Source of the DNA: a virus
Lineage: Duplodnaviria > Heunggongvirae > Uroviricota > Caudoviricetes
Virus record (IMG/VR): IMGVR_UViG_2703718854_000003
Direction: 5' to 3' (one strand)
DNA length: 36,981 nt
Part shown: one piece after another, positions 9,309-17,979 of the stretch
How the letters are laid out: the number at the start of each line of letters is the position of its first letter
Position numbering within the stretch: the stretch's first letter is position 1
Made by a program: the position numbers and the translations under genes
Notes under the pieces: generated by a model
Database searches by the model: none
What the model saw: only the letters and a program-made list of their open reading frames with translations
What the model was told of the DNA's origin: nothing

Positions 9309-10150
9309 TGGCAACATTACTTTTAGCAGTGATTTTGGTTAGTGGTTTTATTTATGTAAACCTATCACTTTCAACAAGATACCGATATAAGCGTTCCAAC
9401 GGCTGGGACGCTTATTTTTTTGTGGCTGCCTGGGGTATCGTTTTTTTTCTCCTTGGCGGTTTTTTCACCTTTATTTTGAACGTCAGCGGAGGGTTTCGTT
9501 GGCTGGCTAATGCCTTGAATCTAACACCTGACAGTTTTAATGGCATGTTGTCTTCATCGAAAGACAAACTTCAAAGAATAAATGAAATCAAACAGATAGC
9601 ATGGGTTATGATTTCAATTGTTCTCGCTGCGATTTCAGGTTTTGGAAATAAGTTACGCACATCACGTGGAGATCGTCGCTGGGATGCCTTAGCTAAAGCT
9701 GTGGGTAATAACGCTTTCGAATCATTACTCATGGAAGCGTCCGCAAGACAGTTTCCGATCATAGCAACTCTGTCGTCTCGCAAAATCTATGTTGGTCTTG
9801 TTACTTGTCCGGCGTTAGAAAACGGGCTTTCAGAACACCTTGAACTTCTCCCGATGTTAAGCGGATATCGGGATAAAGATGATCTAACGATTAGTATCAC
9901 GACTAACTATCACCAACATTATCTTGATAGTGGTGTGATAAGTGGAATGTCTCGGCTTAATATCGAAGATTTCCGTGTGCTCATACCAAAAGATGAGGTT
10001 GAAACAATTTCGTTTTTTGATACTGAGACATATAACAAATTTAAAGAAAATGAAGCCAGGGATAGAAAGAACTGTCGAAAGATTGGTAGTAAAAGTGCAT
10101 CTTCGCGCAGCAAGCGTGCAGCAGATGCTGAGTCAAATGATCGTGCATGA
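9308..10150 (+). CDS. Hypothetical membrane protein (three N-terminal TM helices plus C-terminal soluble domain)
   Basis: Hydrophobic segments LLLAVILVSGFIYV, FFVAAWGIVFFLLGGFFTFIL, IAWVMISIVLAAISGF; translationally coupled to the 71-aa ORF; followed by an intrinsic terminator. Confidence 0.6.
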   Translation: MATLLLAVILVSGFIYVNLSLSTRYRYKRSNGWDAYFFVAAWGIVFFLLGGFFTFILNVSGGFRWLANALNLTPDSFNGMLSSSKDKLQRINEIKQIAWVMISIVLAAISGFGNKLRTSRGDRRWDALAKAVGNNAFESLLMEASARQFPIIATLSSRKIYVGLVTCPALENGLSEHLELLPMLSGYRDKDDLTISITTNYHQHYLDSGVISGMSRLNIEDFRVLIPKDEVETISFFDTETYNKFKENEARDRKNCRKIGSKSASSRSKRAADAESNDRA

Positions 10151-10198
10151 CTATGCTGCATGAGATCGCATGATCGTTTGAGGATCGTTTTTGCTAAG

Positions 10199-10222
10199 GC
10201 CCGCCAGAACTGGCGGGCTTTT
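10199..10222 (+). terminator. Rho-independent terminator
   Basis: GC stem GCCCGCC-AGAACT-GGCGGGC followed by TTTT. Confidence 0.75.
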
Positions 10223-10267
10223 GCGTAGATCATGCACCTGCATGAAAACTACTACATAAAGCGGGCA

Positions 10268-10286
10268 GGCGTGGCGGGGATACGAG
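10268..10286. other. Candidate cos (cohesive-end) core of the prophage
   Basis: GGCGTGGCGGGGATACGAG resembles the P2/186 19-nt cohesive-end sequence as I remember it (GGCG-A/T-GGCGGGGAAAGCA-C/T). Lies in the region where P2 has cos, but is separated from Q by the retron-like cassette. Confidence 0.45.
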
Positions 10287-10319
10287 CGCGCGCTGAGCTG
10301 CATTCACTTGAATAATCCG

Positions 10320-10500
10320 TATGTTAGTGCTAGCCTAGCTGTGCCCTTAGCAGGAAAGTACATTCAATATGTTACTTTCTAGTGGTTGGTGTTTAGCCAA
10401 CTCGTATGGATTGCTTGGTATCTCGACACAAGTTAGCCTTGTGTCATTTATAGACACCAGGCTAACTTGTGTCTCGGGAACTCTTGTATGGGCATTAATT
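10320..10500 (+). ncRNA. Candidate retron msr-msd non-coding RNA (boundaries approximate)
   Basis: Structured non-coding stretch immediately upstream of the effector-RT pair. Small stem-loops (AAAGTACA-TTCAATA-TGTTACTTT at 10346-10369; GTTGG-TGTTTAG-CCAAC) are followed by a long hairpin at 10425-10473 (14-bp perfect stem GACACAAGTTAGCC/GGCTAACTTGTGTC enclosing inner stem GTGTC/GACAC), typical of an msd. The flanking a1/a2 inverted repeats could not be identified. Confidence 0.45.
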
Positions 10501-10503
10501 GTT

Positions 10504-11421
10504 ATGTGGTTTAAACATCCTAGATATTTACGAGCAAAAGAAAATTTTATTTCAAGTTTTTTTCCAAGTAACTTGAATTCTTTTAATTATATCCTGCCAA
10601 AAGTATTATTTATTTGTGGAGGAGATGAGACTTATTGTTCAAATAGAGGGATGCTGGAAAAATATATTGCTAAGCATCATAAAGAATTTGTTACTTTTCG
10701 AGCAGAATTAGCATGGGAAGTAATTAGCAATTTAGGAACTCATAGTAATGTGAATGCGCTATCACTTGAAGAATGGCTTGCGGATTTTTCTGATGTGGTA
10801 ATTATTCTCGTAGAGAGTTATGGCACTGTAGCTGAATTGGGCGCATTTTCATTAAGTCCTGTTTTACGTAAAAAACTTCTTCCTATATTAGATAAAAAGT
10901 TTGAAAGTCATAAGTCATTTATCAATACAGGGCCCGTAAAATGGGTTGATAGTGAATCCAAATTTGGCCCTACAATCTATACTGAATTTGAGACAATTTT
11001 AACGTGTATGCCTAAAATAAATGAAAGGCTAAATAGGAAAGTTCAATCAAACATAACTAATACAAATTCAATAGGTGATTACAAATATTCACCAAAAATT
11101 TTTTTATTTTTTGTGCTCGTTGTTATATCTTCTTTAGGTCCAATAACAATTCCTGAGATTATTAATATCACAGGTAGGTTGATAAATTATAAAATTAATA
11201 AAAATATTTCATTTGTTGTTTCTATTGGAGTTGCCCTTGGGATTTTTAAGGAAAGTCGATTTGAGGGCGTGACCCATTATTCATGTGTCGATTATATTAA
11301 ATTTTTTAATCATGAAAAGATGAAAGATTTAGTTGAAAGTATTCAACGAAGTAGAGCTAGATCATTATCCGATTTAATAATGATATCTAAATTCAAAGCA
11401 GAATTAGAAAGGATCATGTGA
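10504..11421 (+). CDS. Candidate retron effector: NDT-like (nucleoside deoxyribosyltransferase-like N-glycosidase) domain plus C-terminal putative DNA-binding domain
   Basis: AT-rich gene directly abutting the RT. Motifs KVLFICGGDE and DVVIILVESYGTVAELGAFS resemble NDT-like folds found in type II retron effectors. ORF-track start 10369 overlaps the hairpin, so start placed at in-frame ATG 10504 (10651 also possible). Domain assignment is from motif memory. Confidence 0.5.
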   Translation: MWFKHPRYLRAKENFISSFFPSNLNSFNYILPKVLFICGGDETYCSNRGMLEKYIAKHHKEFVTFRAELAWEVISNLGTHSNVNALSLEEWLADFSDVVIILVESYGTVAELGAFSLSPVLRKKLLPILDKKFESHKSFINTGPVKWVDSESKFGPTIYTEFETILTCMPKINERLNRKVQSNITNTNSIGDYKYSPKIFLFFVLVVISSLGPITIPEIINITGRLINYKINKNISFVVSIGVALGIFKESRFEGVTHYSCVDYIKFFNHEKMKDLVESIQRSRARSLSDLIMISKFKAELERIM

Positions 11422-11422
11422 T

Positions 11423-12352
11423 ATGTTAATTGAGTATCTAGCTAAAGTTTTACTGTTAGAAGCTGATTTTATATTAAAAGTTGCAAATGATGCTAACTCG
11501 CATTATGGTAAATTTTCTGTACCTAAAAAAGGCGGTGGGACAAGAATCGTCTATCAGCCCTCTAAAGAATTAAAAGTTTTGCAGAGATTACTTCATGATA
11601 ATGTTCTGTCGAAATTGCCGATTCATCCAAATGCTGTAGCATATCAGCAGGGTTCATCAGTGTTCAAACATGCAAGCATTCACAAAGCTAAACGTTTTAT
11701 GCTTAAGATGGACTTTGAAGGTTTTTTTGATTCAATTAAGAAAAGTGATGTTGAGAGATTTATAAACGACAACAAGCATTTCTTCAGTGATGATTGGTCA
11801 AAGGATGATACTGATTTGCTGGTGAAAATAGTATGCTTTAACGGGAGACTGACTATGGGTGCTGTTAGTTCCCCTGTGGTAAGCAATGCTATATGCTATG
11901 AATTAGATCATATATTGAATGAATTTTGTCTTTCAAAAGGTATAACATATACACGCTATGCTGATGATATGTACTTCTCAACAAACGAAGAAAATGTATT
12001 GAAGCAAATACCACCTTTTTTACGCTCGAATTTAAAAAATTTGAAATACCCATCAAAACTATGGATTAATAGAAAAAAGACACTGCATATGTCAAAGAAA
12101 AATAAAATGATGGTTACGGGTGTGACTTTGACAACAGATGGTGGAGTATCCTTAGGGAGAGATAAAAAAAGGATGGTTAAATCGCTTATTTTTAAATGGG
12201 AGGCTCTTGATGAGAAGAAAAGGCTATTTCTTCAAGGATATTTATCGTATTGCAAAAGTGTTGAGCCATTATTTATTAATAGGCTTTGTGCGAAATATTC
12301 ATCAGAGCTGATTGATGAAATCCAGAGATATCAACCTGTAGTATCAGAATAA
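11423..12352 (+). CDS. Retron-type reverse transcriptase
   Basis: RT motifs in order: PKKGGGTRIVYQPS (motif 1/2), LKMDFEGFFDSI (motif A), SSPVVSN (motif B'), YTRYADDMYF (motif C, YADD) and the retron-typical VTG triplet (KMMVTGVTL). About 309 aa, similar in layout to the Ec86 RT. AAAGGA SD; start 2 nt after the effector stop. Confidence 0.8.
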   Translation: MLIEYLAKVLLLEADFILKVANDANSHYGKFSVPKKGGGTRIVYQPSKELKVLQRLLHDNVLSKLPIHPNAVAYQQGSSVFKHASIHKAKRFMLKMDFEGFFDSIKKSDVERFINDNKHFFSDDWSKDDTDLLVKIVCFNGRLTMGAVSSPVVSNAICYELDHILNEFCLSKGITYTRYADDMYFSTNEENVLKQIPPFLRSNLKNLKYPSKLWINRKKTLHMSKKNKMMVTGVTLTTDGGVSLGRDKKRMVKSLIFKWEALDEKKRLFLQGYLSYCKSVEPLFINRLCAKYSSELIDEIQRYQPVVSE

Positions 12353-12358
12353 CGTGTG

Positions 12359-12389
12359 TGCGCATGAAAATTTCCATGCGCATTTTCTT
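12359..12389 (+). terminator. Intrinsic terminator after the retron-like operon (overlaps the 3' end of Q)
   Basis: Stem TGCGCATG/CATGCGCA with 8-nt loop, followed by TTTTCTT on the plus strand. Confidence 0.6.
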
Positions 12390-13413
12390 AAAAACAGTAG
12401 TCATTAAATGAAATAATTTCTTTTCCAGCCCAGTTATTCAGTGATTCAAAATTCTTTTGCAATGGCATTAACTCATTCCGCACAAACACTTTGCTTGCCT
12501 TCTCCACATCCCCAAATCCCCCAACACTATTAGGCATAATCCCCATCATCTGCGGCGGCACGCGGTGTGCCGCCATCATGTCATCGCGACTAACATTTTT
12601 GATATTCAAAAACTCATCCTTCGCCGCGACTTCTGACAATGGGATGATCTGAAGCCCGTCTTTTTTGCCGTTAGGCGAGTACATAAACAGGTTGCGGAAG
12701 TTGCCTGGCCCTTTGGCGCTTTTCATCGCGTTGCGGAGGTTGTTCACATCCTCCTGGTTCTGAGCGGCATCGGTCATGTACATTATGAATCCTGCATGGC
12801 TGCCATTAATATAATATTTGCGTCGGAACAGCGTGGCGGACTCGTTGAGCAGGGCTGACGGAATGGCAGAAAGATAACCGGGCAGGCCGTAGATCTCCTG
12901 GTTGATATCGGGTTCCATCAGATGAAAGATGCTGCCTTTCGTGAACTGATACGGCTGGGTTGTCATGCCGTATTGCACAAACCAGTAGGTATCCAGGTCT
13001 AACCCACGTCGGGTGTATTTTGCCAGAGCAGGCTCAAGGGCGATAACTTCACCGAACCGGTTCGTGCGTTTCTCCAGGTATGCGTTACCAAATACCAGAT
13101 AGTCCTGCACAAAACGTGAAAAAGCCTGCTGGCTGAGAAGCGGGTGAGGGATGTAGGTACTGGTCAGAATGTTGCATTTCACCGCAATTGGTGAACTGTG
13201 ATGCACGGCAGCGCGGAAGGTTCGCGCCAGTCCGTCAAAACTCACTGGCGGCTCATACCAGCGATCTGTCTGTACGCATTCCACATAGTCCAGCAGTTCG
13301 CGGCGGTCCAGAACAGGAACGGGATCGCCAAAGCTGAATGCTTCGGCTGAAGTCTGGCTTTTATGCTGAATCTGGTTCGTCGACACAGCGCGGTTCTTCT
13401 TACTCTTTCCCAT
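12388..13413 (-). CDS. Q: Portal protein (P2 gpQ-like)
   Basis: About 341 aa, N-terminus MGKSKKNR...; lies in the Q-P pair divergent from O-N-M-L as in P2; start chosen at ATG 13413. Confidence 0.8.
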   Translation of the reverse strand: MGKSKKNRAVSTNQIQHKSQTSAEAFSFGDPVPVLDRRELLDYVECVQTDRWYEPPVSFDGLARTFRAAVHHSSPIAVKCNILTSTYIPHPLLSQQAFSRFVQDYLVFGNAYLEKRTNRFGEVIALEPALAKYTRRGLDLDTYWFVQYGMTTQPYQFTKGSIFHLMEPDINQEIYGLPGYLSAIPSALLNESATLFRRKYYINGSHAGFIMYMTDAAQNQEDVNNLRNAMKSAKGPGNFRNLFMYSPNGKKDGLQIIPLSEVAAKDEFLNIKNVSRDDMMAAHRVPPQMMGIMPNSVGGFGDVEKASKVFVRNELMPLQKNFESLNNWAGKEIISFNDYCF

Positions 13414-15179
13414 CAAAAAATCTCCACAATATTGCTGGTATTGGCGGACTCGCCCTGCAGCGGTTCGTTAAACAGTGCGTGCATTGTTGCCCACGCCAGA
13501 TCGGCATGGCTGGCTTCTTCGCTGCGGCTGGCTTCATAGGTCGGGCGGTTGCCGCTGGCGGTGGTGGCGCGACGGATTGCCATAAATGACTGCGCTATGT
13601 CGGTGTGTCCGGCGTCAAACTCCAGACGGCGGTGACTGATAATGTCGTAGGCCTTGAGTACCAGGGCATTTTTAACGTTGGGGTTGTAGACAAACTCCCG
13701 GACGGCAGGAAAAAACGCTTTCACGTTCTCGTAAACCCCGTGACCGACGCCGGTTGAGTCGATACCGATGTATGTCACGTTGTACTGTTCAGTCAGTTTT
13801 TTGATGGCGTCAGCCTGGGCGCGGAAGTCCATCCCGCGCCACTGGTGACGCTCAAGAATGCGGAACTTACCGCCCGGCACGGCTGGCGGTGCCACCACTA
13901 CGCATCCGGCGCTGTCGCCGTTCTGCGTACCTTTTGCCGGGTCATAACCGATCCACACTTCGCGCCAGCCAAACGGGCGCAGCGCCAGTGCATGAAAGTC
14001 GGTCCAGACTTCCCAGCTGTCCACCATGCACGCCTGTAGTTCGCTGAGCGGGAACACGGACGCGAGATCGTCCACAAACTCGCACATCAGCAGGTTCTGG
14101 TATTCGTCCGGGCTGTATTCCATGCGCAACTGGTCAAGGTCGAACAGGTTACAGCCGCCGCGCACCGCATCTTCGACGGTGACTATCTGGCGGTATTGCC
14201 CGTCAGCGCACAGCAGGCCGGGGGCCAGATTGTTGTGGGACAGGTCGATGTCCACCTTGTCGGCTTTGTTGCGTCCGCGGTTGAACAGCGCACCGGACCA
14301 GAACGGATAAGCACTGTGGGTCAGGCTGGATGGTGTGGAAAAATAGGTCTGCCGCCATTTCTTGTGAATAGCCATACCGGAAGCCACTTTGCGTAGCTCC
14401 TGAAATTTCGGTATCCAGAAATATTCATCCAGATACAGGTTGCCGTGATAACTCTGGGCCGTGCGGGCATTGGTGCCGAGGAAGTAAAGCGTGGCCCCGT
14501 TAGGAAGCACCATCGGATCGCCTTTCAGTTCCACATCCACTTCTTTGGCGAAGTCGATGATGTACTGCTTAAAGACGTGGGCCTGTGCCTTACTGGCGGA
14601 AAGGAAAATCTGGTTACGTCCGGTAAGCAGGGCGTCAATCAGGGCTTCACGGGCAAAGTAAAAGGTCGCGCCGATCTGGCGTGACTTCAGCAGGTTGCGG
14701 ATGCGGTTGGTTTTTCCGGCTTCCCACCAGTGGCGCTGGTAGTTGAACATGGAGGAATGGAAGATTTTTTCCAGCTTCTCAATCTGTTCATCGGTGAAGA
14801 CATTCTTTTCCGGCTGACGGCGCGGGCCTTTGTTGCGGTTGGCGACGTTAGGGTTTAAGTCAGCTTCGTTGCCGCCATTGTTAAACTTGCCGATCCGCGC
14901 GTGGCGCTCAGACTGGCGCGCCAGCAGGTCAATCTCTTTGAAATCTTTCCCTTCTTTGTGCTCCTTCATAATGAGCTGGCAGTAGCGTGCGGCGGTGGTG
15001 AGCTGCATCTGATCCAGCGGCCCATAGTCACCCCACTTGTCGCGTTTTTTCCAGCTGTGAACGGTTGCAACTTTCTCGCCCAGCATTTCAGCAATGCGGG
15101 CGACGCGGTATCCCTGAAAGTACAGCAGCATGGCCTGCCGACGGGGATCGAGATCTGCGGGTGTCAGTGTGGTGTTCAT
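13413..15179 (-). CDS. P: Terminase large (ATPase) subunit (P2 gpP-like)
   Basis: 588 aa; synteny with Q and divergent from the capsid operon. Confidence 0.8.
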   Translation of the reverse strand: MNTTLTPADLDPRRQAMLLYFQGYRVARIAEMLGEKVATVHSWKKRDKWGDYGPLDQMQLTTAARYCQLIMKEHKEGKDFKEIDLLARQSERHARIGKFNNGGNEADLNPNVANRNKGPRRQPEKNVFTDEQIEKLEKIFHSSMFNYQRHWWEAGKTNRIRNLLKSRQIGATFYFAREALIDALLTGRNQIFLSASKAQAHVFKQYIIDFAKEVDVELKGDPMVLPNGATLYFLGTNARTAQSYHGNLYLDEYFWIPKFQELRKVASGMAIHKKWRQTYFSTPSSLTHSAYPFWSGALFNRGRNKADKVDIDLSHNNLAPGLLCADGQYRQIVTVEDAVRGGCNLFDLDQLRMEYSPDEYQNLLMCEFVDDLASVFPLSELQACMVDSWEVWTDFHALALRPFGWREVWIGYDPAKGTQNGDSAGCVVVAPPAVPGGKFRILERHQWRGMDFRAQADAIKKLTEQYNVTYIGIDSTGVGHGVYENVKAFFPAVREFVYNPNVKNALVLKAYDIISHRRLEFDAGHTDIAQSFMAIRRATTASGNRPTYEASRSEEASHADLAWATMHALFNEPLQGESANTSNIVEIF

Positions 15180-15225
15180 GGCACAAACCTACAGCCTTGA
15201 ATGAAGGCTTTCCCCGCCTGCGGTT

Positions 15226-15243
15226 TGTGTGGTTGTCGGTACA
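15226..15243 (+). promoter_or_regulatory. Ogr/Delta-type late promoter element (TGT-N12-ACA) for the O-N-M-L operon
   Basis: TGTGTGGTTGTCGGTACA lies about 80 bp upstream of the O start, in the P/O divergent intergenic region; consistent with the P2 late promoter dyad centred near -55. Confidence 0.6.
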
Positions 15244-15321
15244 AATACCGCGCATTGTTTCACTGCCCCCATCACCGCAACCATAAGGCTCCAGTAAGTT
15301 TTTTCTAACGGAGCACGGCTC

Positions 15322-16155
15322 ATGACAGTGAAAGCAAAGCGTTTTCGCATCGGGGTGGAAGGTGCCACCACCGACGGACGCGAAATCCAGCGTGAATGGC
15401 TGGAACAGATGGCAGCCAGCTACAACCCGGCGGTGTATACCGCGCTGATTAACCTTGAGCACATCAAGTCTTATCTGCCGGACAGCACCTTTAACCGCTA
15501 CGGCAAGGTGACGGCGCTGTTTGCTGAAGAAATCACGGAAGGTCCGCTGGCAGGCAAGATGGCGCTGTATGCCGACGTTGAGCCAACGGAGTCCCTGGTG
15601 GAACTGGTGAAAAAAGGCCAGAAATTATTCACCTCTATGGAAGTCAGCCCGAAGTTCGCTGATACGGGCAAAGCCTATCTGGTCGGCCTGGCTGCCACTG
15701 ATGACCCTGCCAGTCTGGGTACGGAAATGCTGACATTCAGCGCCAGTGCAGCCCATAACCCGTTGGCAAACCGCAAGCAGAATCCTGCCAATCTCTTTAC
15801 CGCTGCAGAGGAAACGGTGATCGAACTGGAAGAAATCCAGGACGACAAACCGTCCCTGTTTGCCCGCGTCACGGCGCTGTTTACCAAAAAAGAGCAGTCC
15901 GATGACGCCCGGTTCTCTGATGTGCATAAGGCCGTGGAGCTGGTCGCCACTGAGCAGCAGAACCTGAGCGCACGCACCGAAAAATCCCTGTCTGAGCAGG
16001 AAGAACGCCTGTCTGAGCTGGAGACTGCCCTGCAGGCACAGCAAACCGCCTTTAACGAACTGGTGGACAAGCTGAGTCATGAAGACAGTCGCCAGGACTA
16101 CCGCCAGCGTGCAACAGGCGGTAACGCCACCGCTGACACTCTGACCAATTGCTGA
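15322..16155 (+). CDS. O: Capsid scaffolding protein (P2 gpO-like)
   Basis: 277 aa; first gene of the capsid operon; Ala/Glu/Gln-rich helical C-terminus. Confidence 0.8.
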   Translation: MTVKAKRFRIGVEGATTDGREIQREWLEQMAASYNPAVYTALINLEHIKSYLPDSTFNRYGKVTALFAEEITEGPLAGKMALYADVEPTESLVELVKKGQKLFTSMEVSPKFADTGKAYLVGLAATDDPASLGTEMLTFSASAAHNPLANRKQNPANLFTAAEETVIELEEIQDDKPSLFARVTALFTKKEQSDDARFSDVHKAVELVATEQQNLSARTEKSLSEQEERLSELETALQAQQTAFNELVDKLSHEDSRQDYRQRATGGNATADTLTNC

Positions 16156-16171
16156 TGGAGCACAAAACCCG

Positions 16172-17230
16172 ATGAAGAAGAATACCCGCTTTGCTTTTAA
16201 CGCTTACCTGCAGCAGCTGGCGCGTCTGAACGGTGTGGCAGTTGAAGAACTGTCCAGCAAGTTCACCGTGGAGCCGTCTGTGCAGCAGACGCTGGAAGAC
16301 CAGATCCAGCAGTCCGCCGCTTTCCTGACGCTGATTAACGTCACGCCAGTGACTGAGCAGTCCGGTCAGCTGCTGGGGCTGGGAGTTGGCAGCACCATTG
16401 CCGGAACCACTGACACCACCGCGAAAGAGCGTGAACCTGTCGATCCGACGCTGATGGTCGATGTGGAATATAAATGCGAGCAGACCAACTTTGACACGGT
16501 GCTGACCTACGCGAAGCTGGACCTGTGGGCGAAGTTTCAGGATTTCCAGGTGCGCATCCGTGACGCCATCGTGAAACGTCAGGCTCTGGACCGCATCATG
16601 ATCGGCTTTAACGGCGTGAAGCGTGCGAAAACCTCCAACCGTAGCGAAAACCCGCTGCTGCAGGATGTGAACAAAGGCTGGCTGCAGAAAATCCGTGAAG
16701 ATGCACCGGATCACGTCATGGGCAGCACCACCACGGGCGGTGAAACCACACCGGGTGCGGTGAAAGTCGGGAAAGGTGGCGAATATGCCAACCTGGACGC
16801 CGTGGTGATGGATGCCGTCAATGAGCTTATCGATGTGGTCTACCAGGACGATGACGATCTGGTGGTGATTTGCGGTCGTGAACTGCTGTCTGACAAGTAT
16901 TTCCCGCTGGTCAACAAAGAGCAGGAAAACAGTGAAAAACTGGCTGCCGATATGATCATCAGTCAGAAACGCATGGGTGGCCTGCAGGCCGTGCGTGCGC
17001 CGTTCTTCCCGCCGAATGCACTGCTGATCACCCGTCTGGATAACCTGTCCATCTACTGGCAGGAAGACACCCGCCGCCGCTCAGTTATCGACAACCCGAA
17101 ACGTGACCGGATTGAAAACTTTGAATCCGTTAACGAAGCCTATGTGGTTGAGGACTACCGCTGCGCCGCACTGGTGGAAAACATCCAGATTGGCGACTTC
17201 AGCGCCGCAGCAGCAGAAACCGGAGCGTAA
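16172..17230 (+). CDS. N: Major capsid protein (P2 gpN-like)
   Basis: 352 aa; synteny O-N-M-L. Confidence 0.85.
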   Translation: MKKNTRFAFNAYLQQLARLNGVAVEELSSKFTVEPSVQQTLEDQIQQSAAFLTLINVTPVTEQSGQLLGLGVGSTIAGTTDTTAKEREPVDPTLMVDVEYKCEQTNFDTVLTYAKLDLWAKFQDFQVRIRDAIVKRQALDRIMIGFNGVKRAKTSNRSENPLLQDVNKGWLQKIREDAPDHVMGSTTTGGETTPGAVKVGKGGEYANLDAVVMDAVNELIDVVYQDDDDLVVICGRELLSDKYFPLVNKEQENSEKLAADMIISQKRMGGLQAVRAPFFPPNALLITRLDNLSIYWQEDTRRRSVIDNPKRDRIENFESVNEAYVVEDYRCAALVENIQIGDFSAAAAETGA

Positions 17231-17233
17231 TTC

Positions 17234-17884
17234 ATGAGCCTGAGTCCCGCACGGCAGCATCGCCTGCGCGTTCAGGCTGAACAGGCCGCCCGCGAGGGCG
17301 GCAGCGTTCGCCACGCGTCGGGCTATGACCTGATGCTGCTGCAACTGGCGGAAGACCGCCGCCGTCTCAAGGGCGTTCAGTCCACGGTCAAAAAAGCGGA
17401 AATCAAGGTGGAGCTGCTGCCGAAGTACGCCGCCTGGGCGGAGGGTGTCCTGGCTGCCGGAGGCGCTCAACAGGATGACGTGCTGATGTACGTGATGCTG
17501 TGGCGCATTGATGCCGGAGATTATGCCGGGGCGCTGGAGATCGGGCGTCACGCCCTGCGTCATGGCTGGGTGATGCCGTTAGGTAACCGCAACGTGCAGA
17601 CCGTGCTGGCAGAGGAAATGGCAGATGCAGCCCAGAGCGCAATGCTTGCCGCCACCGGCTTTGATGCCGATCTGTTGCTGCAGACCCTGGAGCTGACAGA
17701 CGGTATGGATATGCCGGACCAGTCACGGGCGCGTCTGCATAAAGCGATTGGCGCTGTCCTGAGTGAAAGAAATCCGGCGTCTGCCCTTAATCATCTCAAC
17801 CATGCGTTACAGCTCGATCCCCGCTGTGGCGTGAAAAAAGACAAACAGCAGCTGGAGCGCAGACTGCGCAATGACAGCCGCTGA
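17234..17884 (+). CDS. M: Terminase small/endonuclease subunit (P2 gpM-like)
   Basis: 216 aa; synteny. Confidence 0.75.
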   Translation: MSLSPARQHRLRVQAEQAAREGGSVRHASGYDLMLLQLAEDRRRLKGVQSTVKKAEIKVELLPKYAAWAEGVLAAGGAQQDDVLMYVMLWRIDAGDYAGALEIGRHALRHGWVMPLGNRNVQTVLAEEMADAAQSAMLAATGFDADLLLQTLELTDGMDMPDQSRARLHKAIGAVLSERNPASALNHLNHALQLDPRCGVKKDKQQLERRLRNDSR

Positions 17885-17979
17885 CAGAACGTGCCCCCGC
17901 GCACGGGCGGCACGGGGTGGCGAAAGGCACTGCCACATCAAAACCCCGTCCACCGCCCTCTATTTCAGGAGAAAGCAGC

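Noticed and set aside
10369-10503. ORF-track N-terminal extension of the retron effector candidate
   Set aside because: It runs through the long msd-like hairpin and the structured non-coding region and has no SD; the in-frame ATG at 10504 (or 10651) is more plausible.
12353-12387. Possible cos site in the short gap between the RT gene and Q
   Set aside because: Only 35 bp, AT-rich, occupied by a terminator hairpin; the GC-rich cos-like 19-mer is at 10268-10286 instead.
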